A DNA stretch of 30,607 nt from Betaproteobacteria bacterium (GTDB lineage Bacteria > Pseudomonadota > Gammaproteobacteria > Burkholderiales > SG8-39). Location of the stretch: positions 1-30,607 of the forward strand of contig VGIE01000001.1 of NCBI GenBank assembly GCA_016867955.1, written 5' to 3'. Every line of letters begins with the position of its first letter. Position 1 is the stretch's first letter. The notes under the pieces were generated by a model, which did not search any database, had not been told where the DNA came from, and worked only from the letters and a program-made list of their open reading frames with translations. The position numbers and the translations under genes were made by a program. This document shows, piece by piece, positions 17,944 to 28,537 of the stretch.

Positions 17944-18693
17944 TTGCCTCTGTCCGCTGTCATCATCACCAGGAACGCCGGAAAGCAGCTCGCAGCCTGC
18001 CTGCAGAGCGTGGCCTTTTGCGATGAAGTGCTTGTCGTCGATTCGGGTTCCGGCGATGACACCCTCGCCGTGGCCCGCGCGGCCAGGGCCACGGTGGTCG
18101 AGCAGGCCTGGCTGGGTTTCGGCCCGCAGAAGCGCTGGGCCGTGGTGCGCGCGCGCCATGACTGGGTGCTTTGCATCGATGCCGACGAACGCGTATCCGA
18201 GCCCTTGAGGGCGAGCATGATGGCGGAACTTCGCGCGCCGCGCGCCCGCGTCTACGCAATGGCGCGCTGCAACCGGTTCATGGGCCGGTGGCTCAGGCAT
18301 GGCGAGGGCTATCCGGACTGGAGCACGCGGCTGTTTCATCGCGAGGCCGCGCAATGGAGTGAGGATCCGGTACACGAGAAAGTCAAGACGCGGGAACCGG
18401 TCGCGCGGCTTGCCGGAGACCTGCTGCACGAGTCCGCCGAATCGATGGAAGCCTACCTCGACAAGCAGAACCGCTACACCAGCCTGCAGGCGGAGCGCAT
18501 GTACGCCAGCGGCAGGACGGCCACGCTTGCCCACCTGCTCGCCTCACCGGTCCTGCGCTTCATCAAGTTCTACTTCCTGCGCCTCGGCTTCCTCGACGGC
18601 GTCCCGGGCCTGGCGCACGTATCCATCGGCTGCATGAACAGCTTCCACAAGTACGCAAAGCTGATGGCGCTGCATCGGGCGGCCGGAACATGA
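17944..18693 (+). CDS. Glycosyltransferase family 2 (KdtX/WaaE-like LPS core glucosyltransferase)
   Basis: [54 protein letters not shown] start. Confidence 0.88.
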   Translation: MPLSAVIITRNAGKQLAACLQSVAFCDEVLVVDSGSGDDTLAVARAARATVVEQAWLGFGPQKRWAVVRARHDWVLCIDADERVSEPLRASMMAELRAPRARVYAMARCNRFMGRWLRHGEGYPDWSTRLFHREAAQWSEDPVHEKVKTREPVARLAGDLLHESAESMEAYLDKQNRYTSLQAERMYASGRTATLAHLLASPVLRFIKFYFLRLGFLDGVPGLAHVSIGCMNSFHKYAKLMALHRAAGT

Positions 18694-19757
18694 CCATCCT
18701 CGTGACCGGCGGCGCCGGCTTCATCGGCGCCAACTTCGTCATCGACTGGCTGGCCAGCGCGAAGGAGGCCATCGTCAACCTCGACAAGCTGACCTATGCC
18801 GGCAATGCCGCCAACCTGGCGTCGCTGGCCGGAGCCCCGGAACACCGCTTCGTGCGGGGCGACATCGGCGACCGCGAGCTGGTGCGCGACCTGCTGGAAC
18901 GCCTCCGGCCGCGCGCCATAGTCAATTTCGCCGCCGAGAGTCATGTCGACCGCTCGATCCACGGCCCCGCCGAATTCATCCAGACCAATGTCGTGGGCAC
19001 CTTCTCGCTGCTGGATGAGACGCGGGCGTGGTGGCAGTCGCAGGCGGGAGACTTGCGTGCGGGGTTCCGCTTCCTGCATGTTTCCACCGACGAGGTGTAT
19101 GGTTCGCTGGGGCCGGGGGATCCCGCCTTTGTGGAGACCACCCCGTACGCACCCAACAGCCCCTACTCGGCCTCGAAGGCCGCCTCCGACCACCTGGTGC
19201 GCGCCTACCACCACACCTATGGCCTACCGGTGCTGACGACCAATTGCTCGAACAACTACGGCCCCTACCAGTTCCCGGAGAAACTCATTCCGCTGGTGAT
19301 CCTGAATGCCACCCGCGGCAAGCCGCTTCCCGTCTATGGCGACGGCATGAACGTGCGCGACTGGCTGTTCGTCGGCGACCATTGCCGCGCCATACGCGTA
19401 GTGCTCGCAAGAGGCGTTCCCGGCGAGGTCTACAACATCGGCGGCAACAGCGAGCGCGCCAACATCGACGTGGTGCGGCGCATCTGCGCCCTGCTCGATC
19501 GCCTGCAGCCGCGCCAGCGCGGTGTGCATGCCGACCTGATCACCTTCGTCACCGACCGTCCCGGCCATGACCGGCGCTATGCCATCGACACGTCTAGAAT
19601 CGCGCGTGAACTCGGCTGGCAGCCGCAGGAATCATTCGACAGCGGCCTCGAGCGCACCGTGCGCTGGTACCTCGACAACCCGGCCTGGGTCGCGGGCATC
19701 GAGTCCGGGGCCTACAAGCAGTGGCTGGACGCCAACTACGGCGCGCGCGACCAGTGA
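18690..19757 (+). CDS. rfbB: dTDP-glucose 4,6-dehydratase
   Basis: [55 protein letters not shown]. Confidence 0.97.
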   Translation: MTILVTGGAGFIGANFVIDWLASAKEAIVNLDKLTYAGNAANLASLAGAPEHRFVRGDIGDRELVRDLLERLRPRAIVNFAAESHVDRSIHGPAEFIQTNVVGTFSLLDETRAWWQSQAGDLRAGFRFLHVSTDEVYGSLGPGDPAFVETTPYAPNSPYSASKAASDHLVRAYHHTYGLPVLTTNCSNNYGPYQFPEKLIPLVILNATRGKPLPVYGDGMNVRDWLFVGDHCRAIRVVLARGVPGEVYNIGGNSERANIDVVRRICALLDRLQPRQRGVHADLITFVTDRPGHDRRYAIDTSRIARELGWQPQESFDSGLERTVRWYLDNPAWVAGIESGAYKQWLDANYGARDQ

Positions 19758-19782
19758 AGCTGGCATCGAATCGGAGTTTCCA

Positions 19783-20655
19783 ATGAAAGGCATCATCCTC
19801 GCCGGCGGTTCCGGCACCCGCCTCTACCCGGTCACGCAGGTCGTATCGAAGCAGCTGCTGCCGATCTACGACAAGCCGATGATCTACTACCCGCTGAGCA
19901 CCCTGATGCTCGCCGGCATCCGCGACATCCTGATCATCTCGACGCCACAGGACACGCCCCGCTTCGAACAACTGCTGAACAATGGGCATGCCTGGGGCCT
20001 GAATATTTCCTATGCGGTGCAGCCCGCGCCCGAAGGCATCGCGCAGGCATTCATCATCGGCGAGCGCTTCATCGGCAATGACCGCTGCGCGCTGGTGCTC
20101 GGGGACAACATCTTCCACGGCCACGACCTGGCCGCCGACCTGCAGCGGGCGGCCGCCAAGCGCGACGGCGCCACGGTCTTCGCCTATCCGGTGACCGACC
20201 CGCAGCGCTATGGCGTGGTGGAATTCGGCGCGGACGGGCGTGCCGTCAGCCTGGAAGAGAAGCCGGCAAAACCGAAATCACGCTTCGCGGTCACCGGGCT
20301 CTACTTCTACGACAACGACGTGGTCGCCATCGCCAAGGGGCTGCGCCCCTCGGCGCGCGGGGAACTCGAGATCACAGACGTCAATCGCGCCTACCTGGCG
20401 CGGGGCACGCTGGACGTGGTGAGCTTCGGGCGCGGCCTCGCCTGGCTGGATACCGGCACCCATGAATCACTGCTCGAGGCCAGCCAGTTCATCGCGATTC
20501 TCGAGCGCCGGCAGGGCCTGAAAGTGTCCTGCCCGGAAGAAATCGCCTACCGCCAGCGCTTCATCTCCGCCGCGAAGCTCGAAGCCCTCGCCGCACCCCT
20601 CAGGAACAGCGGCTACGGCCAATACCTGCTTTCGGTGCTCAGGGACCGGGTCTGA
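19783..20655 (+). CDS. rfbA: Glucose-1-phosphate thymidylyltransferase
   Basis: [61 protein letters not shown] upstream of ATG 19783. Confidence 0.97.
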   Translation: MKGIILAGGSGTRLYPVTQVVSKQLLPIYDKPMIYYPLSTLMLAGIRDILIISTPQDTPRFEQLLNNGHAWGLNISYAVQPAPEGIAQAFIIGERFIGNDRCALVLGDNIFHGHDLAADLQRAAAKRDGATVFAYPVTDPQRYGVVEFGADGRAVSLEEKPAKPKSRFAVTGLYFYDNDVVAIAKGLRPSARGELEITDVNRAYLARGTLDVVSFGRGLAWLDTGTHESLLEASQFIAILERRQGLKVSCPEEIAYRQRFISAAKLEALAAPLRNSGYGQYLLSVLRDRV

Positions 20656-20676
20656 CCGGGGCTCCCCCACGCCGCG

Positions 20677-21219
20677 ATGAAAGTCACCCCCACTCTGCTG
20701 CCGGACGTCCTGCTGATTGAGCCGCGCGTATTCGGTGACGCGCGCGGCTTCTTCTCCGAGAGCTGGAACGAGCAGGCATTCCGCGAAGCCGGCATACGCG
20801 AGCACTTCGTGCAGGACAACCATTCACGCTCGGCGCACGGCGTGCTGCGCGGGCTGCATTACCAGATACGGCAGCCGCAGGGCAAGCTGGTGCGGGTCGT
20901 CGCCGGCGAGATCTTCGACGTGGTTGTGGACGTGCGCCGGAGTTCGCCGCGGTTCGGACGCCATGCCACCGTGACGCTGTCAGCCGACCTGCACAACCAG
21001 CTCTGGGTACCGGCAGGGTTCGCGCACGGCTTTTGCGTGACTTCCGATCATGCGGAAGTGATCTACAAGACGACGGATTTCTACGCGCCGGAACATGAAC
21101 GCACCATCATCTGGAATGATCCGGACCTTGGCATTGCCTGGCCGCTTCAGGCGGCACCGACACTGTCGACCAAGGACGCCGGCGGCGCCCTTCTGAAGAA
21201 CGCGGAAGTCTTCGCTTGA
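20677..21219 (+). CDS. rfbC: dTDP-4-dehydrorhamnose 3,5-epimerase
   Basis: FGDARGFFSESWN, FVQDNHSRS, VLRGLHYQ, VPAGFAHGF, YKTTDFY. Confidence 0.97.
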   Translation: MKVTPTLLPDVLLIEPRVFGDARGFFSESWNEQAFREAGIREHFVQDNHSRSAHGVLRGLHYQIRQPQGKLVRVVAGEIFDVVVDVRRSSPRFGRHATVTLSADLHNQLWVPAGFAHGFCVTSDHAEVIYKTTDFYAPEHERTIIWNDPDLGIAWPLQAAPTLSTKDAGGALLKNAEVFA

Positions 21220-22103
21220 GGATCCTCATCACCGGACGCAGGGGCCAGGTCGGCTGGGAGTTGGCGCGCGCACTGCCCTCGCTGGGCGAAGTCACGGCGC
21301 TCGGCCACGACGGACTGGACCTCGCCGATGCCGGTGACATCCGCGCGAAGATCAGCGCGCTGCGCCCGGATGTCATCGTCAATGCGGCCGCCTACACCGC
21401 CGTGGGCCGCGCCGAGAGCGAGCCGGACCTGGCGCACGCCGTCAACGCGCGCGCGCCCGGGGTGCTCGCCGAGGAAGCCGCGCGCTGCGACGCCCTGCTG
21501 GTGCATTATTCGACGGACTATGTCTTCGATGGAACCAAGACCTCGCCCTATGTCGAGGACGATGCGCCCAACCCGCTCAGTGTCTACGGGCGCAGCAAAC
21601 TGGCGGGCGAGCGCGCCGTGCAAGCGAGCGGCTGCAGGCACATCATCCTGCGCACCGCCTGGGTCTATGCCGCGCGCGGGAAGAATTTCCTCCTGACCAT
21701 CCTGCGGCTGGCAGCCGAGCGCCCCGAATTGCGTGTGGTCGATGACCAGTTCGGCGCACCCACGTCGGCACCATCGATTGCCGGCGCCACTGCAGCCATC
21801 CTGGATGCAGTGGCGCGAGGCAACGGCGCGCAGGGCGTGTTCCACCTGGCAGCAGCTGGCCGCACGACCTGGCACGGGTTCGCGACCCTCGTCGTGGGCG
21901 GCATGCCGCCGCCTCGCCCCATCGTGCTGGCCATTCCCAGCAGCGAATACCCGACAGCCGCCCGACGGCCGGGGAATTCCTGCCTCGACACTACCCGGCT
22001 GTCTGCAACTTTCGGCATCCGCCTGCGCGACTGGCGTGAGGAGGCGCAGCGCGTCCTCACCGATCTGCACGCAACAGCCACTTTGGACCACCACGAGCGT
22101 TGA
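21216..22103 (+). CDS. rfbD: dTDP-4-dehydrorhamnose reductase
   Basis: GRRGQVG, NAAAYTAV, HYSTDYVFDG, YGRSKLAGE, VDDQFGAPT. TTGA overlap with rfbC. Confidence 0.95.
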   Translation: MRILITGRRGQVGWELARALPSLGEVTALGHDGLDLADAGDIRAKISALRPDVIVNAAAYTAVGRAESEPDLAHAVNARAPGVLAEEAARCDALLVHYSTDYVFDGTKTSPYVEDDAPNPLSVYGRSKLAGERAVQASGCRHIILRTAWVYAARGKNFLLTILRLAAERPELRVVDDQFGAPTSAPSIAGATAAILDAVARGNGAQGVFHLAAAGRTTWHGFATLVVGGMPPPRPIVLAIPSSEYPTAARRPGNSCLDTTRLSATFGIRLRDWREEAQRVLTDLHATATLDHHER

Positions 22104-22112
22104 GGAGACCGC

Positions 22113-23392
22113 ATGGACACAGTCGCCATCGTCGGCCTAGGCTATGTCGGGCTGCCGCTCGCCGTCGAATTCGGCAAACAGCGGCGAACGATCGGCTACG
22201 ACCTCTCTGACGCAAAGATCGCGGACTACCGCCGCGGCGTCGATGCGACAGGCGAAGTGCCCGCGGAGTCACTGCGGGCCGCGTCTCTCCCGGAATTCAC
22301 CGCCGATCCTGCCCGACTCGGCGAGGCCCGGTTCATCATCGTCGCCGTCTTGACACCCGTCGACAGTGCCCATCAGCCAGACCTGCGTCCACTCATCAGC
22401 GCCAGCGAAGCCGTCGGCCGCCACATGCGGCGCGGCACGACGGTGATCTACGAATCGACGGTTTACCCTGGCGCCACCGAGGAAGTCTGCGTGCCGATCC
22501 TGGAACGGCACTCGGGACTCAAATGGAAAGACGGTTTCCACGCAGGGTACTCACCGGAGCGCATCAACCCGGGCGACAAGCTGCACACGCTGACGTCCAT
22601 AACGAAGATCGTAGCGGGAGACACCGCGGAATCCCTGGCCGATATTGCAGCACTGTACGAAAGCGTGGTTGCGGCCGGCGTCTACCGTGTTTCCGGCATC
22701 GCCGTTGCCGAAGCTGCGAAGGTGATCGAGAACACGCAGCGGGACCTGAACATCGCATTGATGAACGAACTGGCGATCATCTTCGACCGCCTTGGCCTCG
22801 ATACCCTGGAAGTGCTGAAGGCCGCCGGCACGAAATGGAACTTCCTCCCCTTCCGGCCCGGACTGGTCGGCGGGCACTGCATCGGCGTCGACCCCTGCTA
22901 CCTGACGCACAAGGCGGAGATGGTCGGCTACCACCCGCAGGTCATCCTTGCCGGCAGGCAGATCAACGACGGCATGGGAAAGTACATTGCCGAACAGGCG
23001 GTCAAGACCATGATCCGTTCCGGTTCATCCATTCGCGGCGTCCGGGTGAACGTGCTCGGGCTGACTTTCAAGGAGAACTGCCCCGACCTGCGCAATTCGC
23101 GTGTGATGGACGTCATCACCGAGTTGCGCGAGTACGGCTGCGAGGTGTTCGTGCACGACCCTCTCGCTGACCCGGTCTCAGCCGAGCACGAGTACGGGCT
23201 GCAACTGACGCCCTGGGCCGACTTGCCGCGTGCCGATGCCGTCCTGCTTTGCGTTGCGCATGCCGATTTCATCGCCCGCCCCGTCACCGATTACCTGCCC
23301 AAGGTCGTTGCCGGCGGCACCTTCGCGACGTCAAGTCCGTGCTGGACCGGGCTGCCCTCGAGGGCGCGGGACTCAGGGTCTGGCGGCTCTAG
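22113..23392 (+). pseudogene. UDP-N-acetylhexosamine/UDP-glucose 6-dehydrogenase (TviB/WbpO-like) with an apparent 1-nt deletion near 23325
   Basis: VGLGYVGLPLA, ESTVYPG, YSPERINPG, KVIENTQRDLNIA, GGHCIG, FKENCPDLRNS. The expected end [21 protein letters not shown]-stop is in another frame (23327-23392), while the ORF-track frame runs into gmd. Could be a sequencing error. Confidence 0.75.
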
Positions 23393-23472
23393 GCAGAATC
23401 CGAGAAGGCGGTGTCAGCGCCCCGTCCCCGCCTCCCAATCAGTGCCTGTTTACCGAGTACAATCAGAACATT

Positions 23473-24600
23473 ATGGCCACATCCCGCCGCAGAAGAAAAG
23501 TCGCGCTGATCACCGGCATTACCGGCCAGGATGGCGCCTATCTGGCCGAATTCCTGCTCGACAAGGGCTATGAGGTCCATGGCATCAAGCGGCGCTCCTC
23601 GCTGCTGAACACCGACCGCATCGACCACCTGTACCAGGATCCGCACGAAAAGGGACGCCGCCTGTTCCTGCATTACGGCGACATGACGGATACGACGGCC
23701 CTGATTCGCGTGATCAAGCAGATCGAGCCGGACGAGATCTACAACCTCGCCGCGCAAAGCCATGTCGCCGTTTCCTTCGAGGAGCCGGAGTACACGGCCA
23801 ACTCCGATGCACTGGGCCCGCTGCGCGTGCTGGAGGCCATCCGCATCCTCGGACTCGCGAAAAAGACGCGCTTCTACCAGGCTTCGAGCTCCGAACTCTA
23901 CGGGCTGGTGCAGGAAACGCCACAGAAGGAGACCACCCCCTTCTACCCGCGCTCGCCCTACGCCGCAGCCAAGCTCTACGCCTACTGGATCACGGTCAAT
24001 TACCGCGAGGCCCACGGCATGTTCGCCTGCAACGGCATCCTCTTCAACCATGAGTCGCCGGTGCGCGGCGAGACCTTCGTCACGCGCAAGATCACCCGCG
24101 CGCTGGCGCGCATCAGGCTCGGACTGCAGGACTGCCTGTATCTCGGCAACCTGGATGCCAAGCGCGACTGGGGCCACGCGCGCGATTTCGTCGAGGCGCA
24201 GTGGCTGATGCTGCAGCAGACGAGGCCGGAGGATTTCGTCATCGCCACCGGCCAGCAGTACAGCGTGCGCGACTTCGTCAACGCGGCGGTAGCCGAACTC
24301 GGCATCACCCTGCAATGGAAGGGCAGGGGCGTGCGCGAAACGGCGACGGTCGCGAGCGCCGGCAATCTCGCACTGAAAAGGGGCCAGGTCATCGTGCGCG
24401 TCGATCCGCGCTATTTTCGCCCGACCGAGGTCGAGACCCTGCTCGGCGATGCGCGCAAGGCGCGGCGCAAGCTCGGCTGGCATCCGCGCACCAGCTTCCG
24501 CGAACTGGTGTCGGAAATGGTGACCGAGGATCTGAAGTCGGCGGAACGCGACGAGCTGGTCAAGCGCCACGGCTTCGCGGCCTACGACTACAACGAGTAG
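23473..24600 (+). CDS. gmd: GDP-mannose 4,6-dehydratase
   Basis: [62 protein letters not shown]. Confidence 0.97.
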   Translation: MATSRRRRKVALITGITGQDGAYLAEFLLDKGYEVHGIKRRSSLLNTDRIDHLYQDPHEKGRRLFLHYGDMTDTTALIRVIKQIEPDEIYNLAAQSHVAVSFEEPEYTANSDALGPLRVLEAIRILGLAKKTRFYQASSSELYGLVQETPQKETTPFYPRSPYAAAKLYAYWITVNYREAHGMFACNGILFNHESPVRGETFVTRKITRALARIRLGLQDCLYLGNLDAKRDWGHARDFVEAQWLMLQQTRPEDFVIATGQQYSVRDFVNAAVAELGITLQWKGRGVRETATVASAGNLALKRGQVIVRVDPRYFRPTEVETLLGDARKARRKLGWHPRTSFRELVSEMVTEDLKSAERDELVKRHGFAAYDYNE

Positions 24601-24604
24601 ACGC

Positions 24605-25561
24605 GTGCAACCCGACTCGCGCATCTTCGTTGCAGGCCACCTCGGGCTGGTCGGCTCGGCGCTGGTGCGCAGGCTGCGCGCAGGTGGCTATGCCAACCTG
24701 ATCCTGAGGCCGCGCAGTGAACTCGACCTGACCCACCAGGCGGCGGTGGAGCAGTTCTTCGCGGCGACGCGTCCCGAGTACGTATTCATGGCCGCCGGCC
24801 GCGTCGGCGGCATCCACGCCAATTCCACCTACCCGGCGGAATTCATCCAGCAGAACCTTGCCATGGAGGTCCAAGTGATTTCGGCCTGCCACCGGCATGG
24901 CGTGAAGAAGCTGCTGTTTCCGGGCTCGAGCTGCATCTATCCGCGCGAGGCGCCGCAACCGATCAGGGAAGAGTACCTGCTGACCGGCGTGCTCGAGCCC
25001 ACCAACGAGGCCTATGCGATCGCCAAGATTGCCGGCATCAAGATGTGCAGTGCCCACAACCGCCAGTACGGCACGGATTACCTGTGCGTGCAGCCGACCA
25101 ACCTCTACGGCCCGGGTGACGAATACGACCTGCAGAACTCCCACGTGCTACCGGCGCTGATCCGCAAGATGCACGAAGCGAAGCTGGGCGGCGCTGCGGA
25201 AGTGGTGGTGTGGGGGTCCGGAAGGCCGCGCCGCGAATTCCTGCACAGCGACGACCTCGCGGACGCCTGCGTGTTCCTCATGGAGCGCTACAGCGCGGCG
25301 CAGGTGGGTGAACTGGTCAATATCGGCACCGGCCGCGACATGCCCATTGCGGAACTGGCGGGTCTCGTCGCGCAGGTCGTGGGGTTCCGCGGCCGGCTGG
25401 TGACGGACAGCAGCAAACCCGACGGCATGCCGAAAAAGTTGCTTGACGTGTCCAGGCTGACCGCCCTCGGCTGGCGCGCCCGCATCGACCTGCGGGAGGG
25501 CATTGCATCCACCTACCGGGCATTCCTTGAAGAACACCCGCAGGTCCCGAACCGCGCCTGA
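24605..25561 (+). CDS. fcl: GDP-L-fucose synthase
   Basis: RIFVAGH.GLVGSA, AAGRVGGIHAN, GSSCIYP, YAIAKIAG, NSHVLPALIRK, KPDGMPKK. GTG start; directly follows gmd. Confidence 0.93.
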   Translation: MQPDSRIFVAGHLGLVGSALVRRLRAGGYANLILRPRSELDLTHQAAVEQFFAATRPEYVFMAAGRVGGIHANSTYPAEFIQQNLAMEVQVISACHRHGVKKLLFPGSSCIYPREAPQPIREEYLLTGVLEPTNEAYAIAKIAGIKMCSAHNRQYGTDYLCVQPTNLYGPGDEYDLQNSHVLPALIRKMHEAKLGGAAEVVVWGSGRPRREFLHSDDLADACVFLMERYSAAQVGELVNIGTGRDMPIAELAGLVAQVVGFRGRLVTDSSKPDGMPKKLLDVSRLTALGWRARIDLREGIASTYRAFLEEHPQVPNRA

Positions 25562-25629
25562 TGCGCGCCCCAGCAACCACCTGTGTCTTGCCGGCCTGAC
25601 ACGGGCCTAGATCGCGCATTCCCGACAGC

Positions 25630-26940
25630 GTGCAGAAGACCCGACTCGCACGTATCGGCGCGGAAGCCGCCTGGGTTGCGGCCGGGCAGCTGCTCGCCTT
25701 CCTCGGCGGCTTTGCGACCATCAAGATCCTTACCGGCGAGCTGGGCGCGGCCGCCTACGGACAACTGGCCCTGGGGATCAGCGCAGCAGGCGCCGTACAC
25801 ATGTTCGTGTACGGCCCGATCGAACAGATTGCACTGCGCTTCGTGTCCGTCTACCGGGAACGGGGCCGACTCCACCTGCTCTTTGCCGCGCTGCGCAGGC
25901 TTCACATGCATGCGGCGGCGATCGTCGGGCTCGCCATCATCGTGGTCACCAGCGTGCTGTACGCCTTTGCGGGAACGGCGTGGGCGTGGGGCATCCTCAT
26001 CCTGCTGGCCCTGCTGTTCGGCGTGGGAGGCGGGGTGAGCATGACGCTGGCATCGCTGCTGTCCGCGTTCCGGCAACGCGCATCCGTGGCCTTCTTCCAG
26101 GCATCCGATGTCTGGTTGCGGCTGCTGTTGGCCGTCGCCGGACTGGCCTGGCTGGGCACGAGTGCGGATGCGGCACTGGCCGGCTTCTGCCTGGCGACCG
26201 CCACCATCGCCATCGTCCAGCTCGCGTGGGTCATGCGCAACCCGCTGGTCAGGCCCCACCTGCATGGCCATTCGGCATCCGCAACCGGTACCGAAGGATC
26301 GACCATGGGCGAGCTTGTCGCCTATGGCAGGCCCTATCTGGTGTGGGCGGCCTTTGCATGGTGCAGCACCTACTGCGACCGCTGGCTGATCCTCGGCTAT
26401 CTCGACGAGCGATCGGTCGGCATCTATGCCGCGCTGCTGCAGATCGCCAATGCGCCCATCGCGATATTCCTCGGCATGGTCAACCAGTTTCTCGTGCCCC
26501 TGATCTTCGATCGCGCCGGCGCCGCCACCACGCAGGGCCAGATACGTTCCAGCGCGGCGCTGCTGAATGCGGCCACGGCGGCGTACGTCCTAGGCCTCAC
26601 GGTGATCGTCGGCTTTGCAGCCCTGGTCGCCGAGCCGCTGGTCAGGCTGCTCACTAGCAGCGAGTTCTCGCGGCATGCCGACCTTCTCTGGGTCATCTGC
26701 CTTGGCCTGAGCCTCTCCAGCACGGCGCAGCTGCTCGTGATCAAGGGCCTGTCGCATGGACGCCCCCAACAGTACGTGCTGCCGAAATTCGTCCAGCTGG
26801 CTCTGCTGATCGCCAGCATGTTCTTGCTGGTGCAGCCCATGGCGCTCATGGGCGTCGCAGTCTCCCTTTGCATTTCGGGCGCGGGCTATCTGATCATGGT
26901 CGCATGGGTCAACAGCCGGCTGGTTGCACACGCATTTTGA
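25630..26940 (+). CDS. Polysaccharide flippase (Wzx/MOP-like) membrane protein
   Basis: About 12 hydrophobic segments; ELGAAAYGQLAL, CDRWLILGYL..RSVGIYAA resemble Wzx-type exporters; glycan-locus context. Start uncertain. Confidence 0.72.
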   Translation: MQKTRLARIGAEAAWVAAGQLLAFLGGFATIKILTGELGAAAYGQLALGISAAGAVHMFVYGPIEQIALRFVSVYRERGRLHLLFAALRRLHMHAAAIVGLAIIVVTSVLYAFAGTAWAWGILILLALLFGVGGGVSMTLASLLSAFRQRASVAFFQASDVWLRLLLAVAGLAWLGTSADAALAGFCLATATIAIVQLAWVMRNPLVRPHLHGHSASATGTEGSTMGELVAYGRPYLVWAAFAWCSTYCDRWLILGYLDERSVGIYAALLQIANAPIAIFLGMVNQFLVPLIFDRAGAATTQGQIRSSAALLNAATAAYVLGLTVIVGFAALVAEPLVRLLTSSEFSRHADLLWVICLGLSLSSTAQLLVIKGLSHGRPQQYVLPKFVQLALLIASMFLLVQPMALMGVAVSLCISGAGYLIMVAWVNSRLVAHAF

Positions 26941-26969
26941 TATCATTCGGCACCAGGACATCGCAGGGC

Positions 26970-27690
26970 ATGGCTTTGGCGCTACTCGATCCTATATTCG
27001 AATTCAACCAGCACAATCGCGACCTGTTCATCCGGGAAATCGCCGAGTCGACGTCGGCGGGCATGCGCGTCCTCGACGCGGGGGCGGGTCCTTGCAAGTA
27101 CCGCCCGCTGTTCAGCCATTGCCGCTATGAGTCCCAGGACTTTGCCGGGTACGGCGGATCGGACCATCGTTACGGGGAGCTCGATTACATCTGCGACATC
27201 ACCGCGATCCCGGTCGCGGATGCCACCTATGACCGCGTGATCTGCACGGAAGTGCTGGAGCATGCCCCCCCAGCCGGAGCGTGTCATTACCGAACTGGCG
27301 CGGATACTCAAACCCGGTGGCGTCCTCGCCATCACCGCGCCGCTGATTTCCGGCATACACATGGCGCCCTACCATTTCTGCAGCGGCTTCTCGCCCTACT
27401 GGTACGGTCATTTCATGCCACTCAACGGATTGGAGGTCGAGAGCTGTCAACCCAACGGCGGCTTCTTCGCTTTCTACGGGCAGGAGTCGCGCCGATTCCT
27501 CCACATGATGACCCCGCAAAACCGCCTTGGCCGCGCCCTTTTCTTCCCCTTGAAGGCCCTGCTCGCGATCTGGTTTCGCCTGCTGATGCCGGTGGCCTGC
27601 CACTTCCTGGACAAGACCGATACACGGCCGGAGCTCACCGTCGGCTATTTCGTCCTTGCAAGGAAGAACCTCGGCGGCGCGGCCGGATGA
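26970..27690 (+). pseudogene. Class I SAM-dependent methyltransferase split by an apparent +1 insertion in a C7 run
   Basis: VLDAGAG and DRVICTEVLEH lie in one frame; QPERVITELARILKPGG lies in the next. Removing one C from 27265-27271 gives EVLEHAPQPERVITELARILKPGG. Confidence 0.75.
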
Positions 27691-27712
27691 CGGGACTTCG
27701 GAGCCACCTGCC

Positions 27713-28537
27713 TTGCCAGGCGTAATCCAATGCCTGAAAACCCGTGTCAAGCGGACGCCGTGGCTCAAGCGCGTCGTCCTGGTGTCGATGCGGATGCTGG
27801 ACGCGTTGTCGTGGAAACTGCGGCTGGATTCGCTGGTTCGCTACGCGGGTTTCTTCCGAGACTGGCGCAGATTCAGGCACGCGGGAGGGACGGCCGCCGT
27901 GCTCGATTTCTATCCCTGCCTGTTCGACAACACGGCATCGACGCGAATCGACAGCCAGTATTTCCACCAGGCGGTCTGGGCGTTCGGGCTGATCCGGCAG
28001 AGCGGCGCTGCACAGCATGTCGATATTGCCTCGGAGGCCAGCTTTGTCGGCGTGCTGACCACGATCACCCGCGTGGTGTTTGTCGACATCCGGCCGCTGT
28101 TCCTGCGCATTCCCAACTATCTGGGCGTCGGCGCGTCCGCGACCTCGCTGCCGTTTGCCGCGGCTTCGGTGCCCTCGCTTTCCTGCCTCCACGTGATCGA
28201 GCATATCGGGCTGGACCGCTACGGCGACCCGATCGATCCGGCCGGCCCGGAGAAGGCGTGCGCGGAAATCGTGCGGGTGCTGGCCGAAGGCGGCAATGCC
28301 TTTGTTTCGCTGCCCATCGGTCGCCCGCGCGTGAGCTTCAACGCCCACCGGGTTTTTTCTGCGACCGAAGTCCTGGCCTTGTTCACGGGCCTGCAGTTGC
28401 ATCGAATGGCCCTGGTTGACGCGACCGGGGAGTTCCAGCCGGAGGCACTTCCGCACAGCGTGGACATTCGTGATTCCGCCGGAGGGCTGGACTACGGACT
28501 GGGTCTGTTTTGGTTCACCAAACCGGCCAAGCAATGA
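27713..28537 (+). CDS. DUF268-like methyltransferase-fold protein
   Basis: YFHQ.VWA, HVDI.S, FVDIRP, SLSCLHVIEHIGL.RYGDPIDP, FNAHRVF match my recollection of DUF268. Start uncertain: TTG 27713 with GGAG is used here; an out-of-frame coupled ATG sits at 27687. Confidence 0.65.
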   Translation: MPGVIQCLKTRVKRTPWLKRVVLVSMRMLDALSWKLRLDSLVRYAGFFRDWRRFRHAGGTAAVLDFYPCLFDNTASTRIDSQYFHQAVWAFGLIRQSGAAQHVDIASEASFVGVLTTITRVVFVDIRPLFLRIPNYLGVGASATSLPFAAASVPSLSCLHVIEHIGLDRYGDPIDPAGPEKACAEIVRVLAEGGNAFVSLPIGRPRVSFNAHRVFSATEVLALFTGLQLHRMALVDATGEFQPEALPHSVDIRDSAGGLDYGLGLFWFTKPAKQ

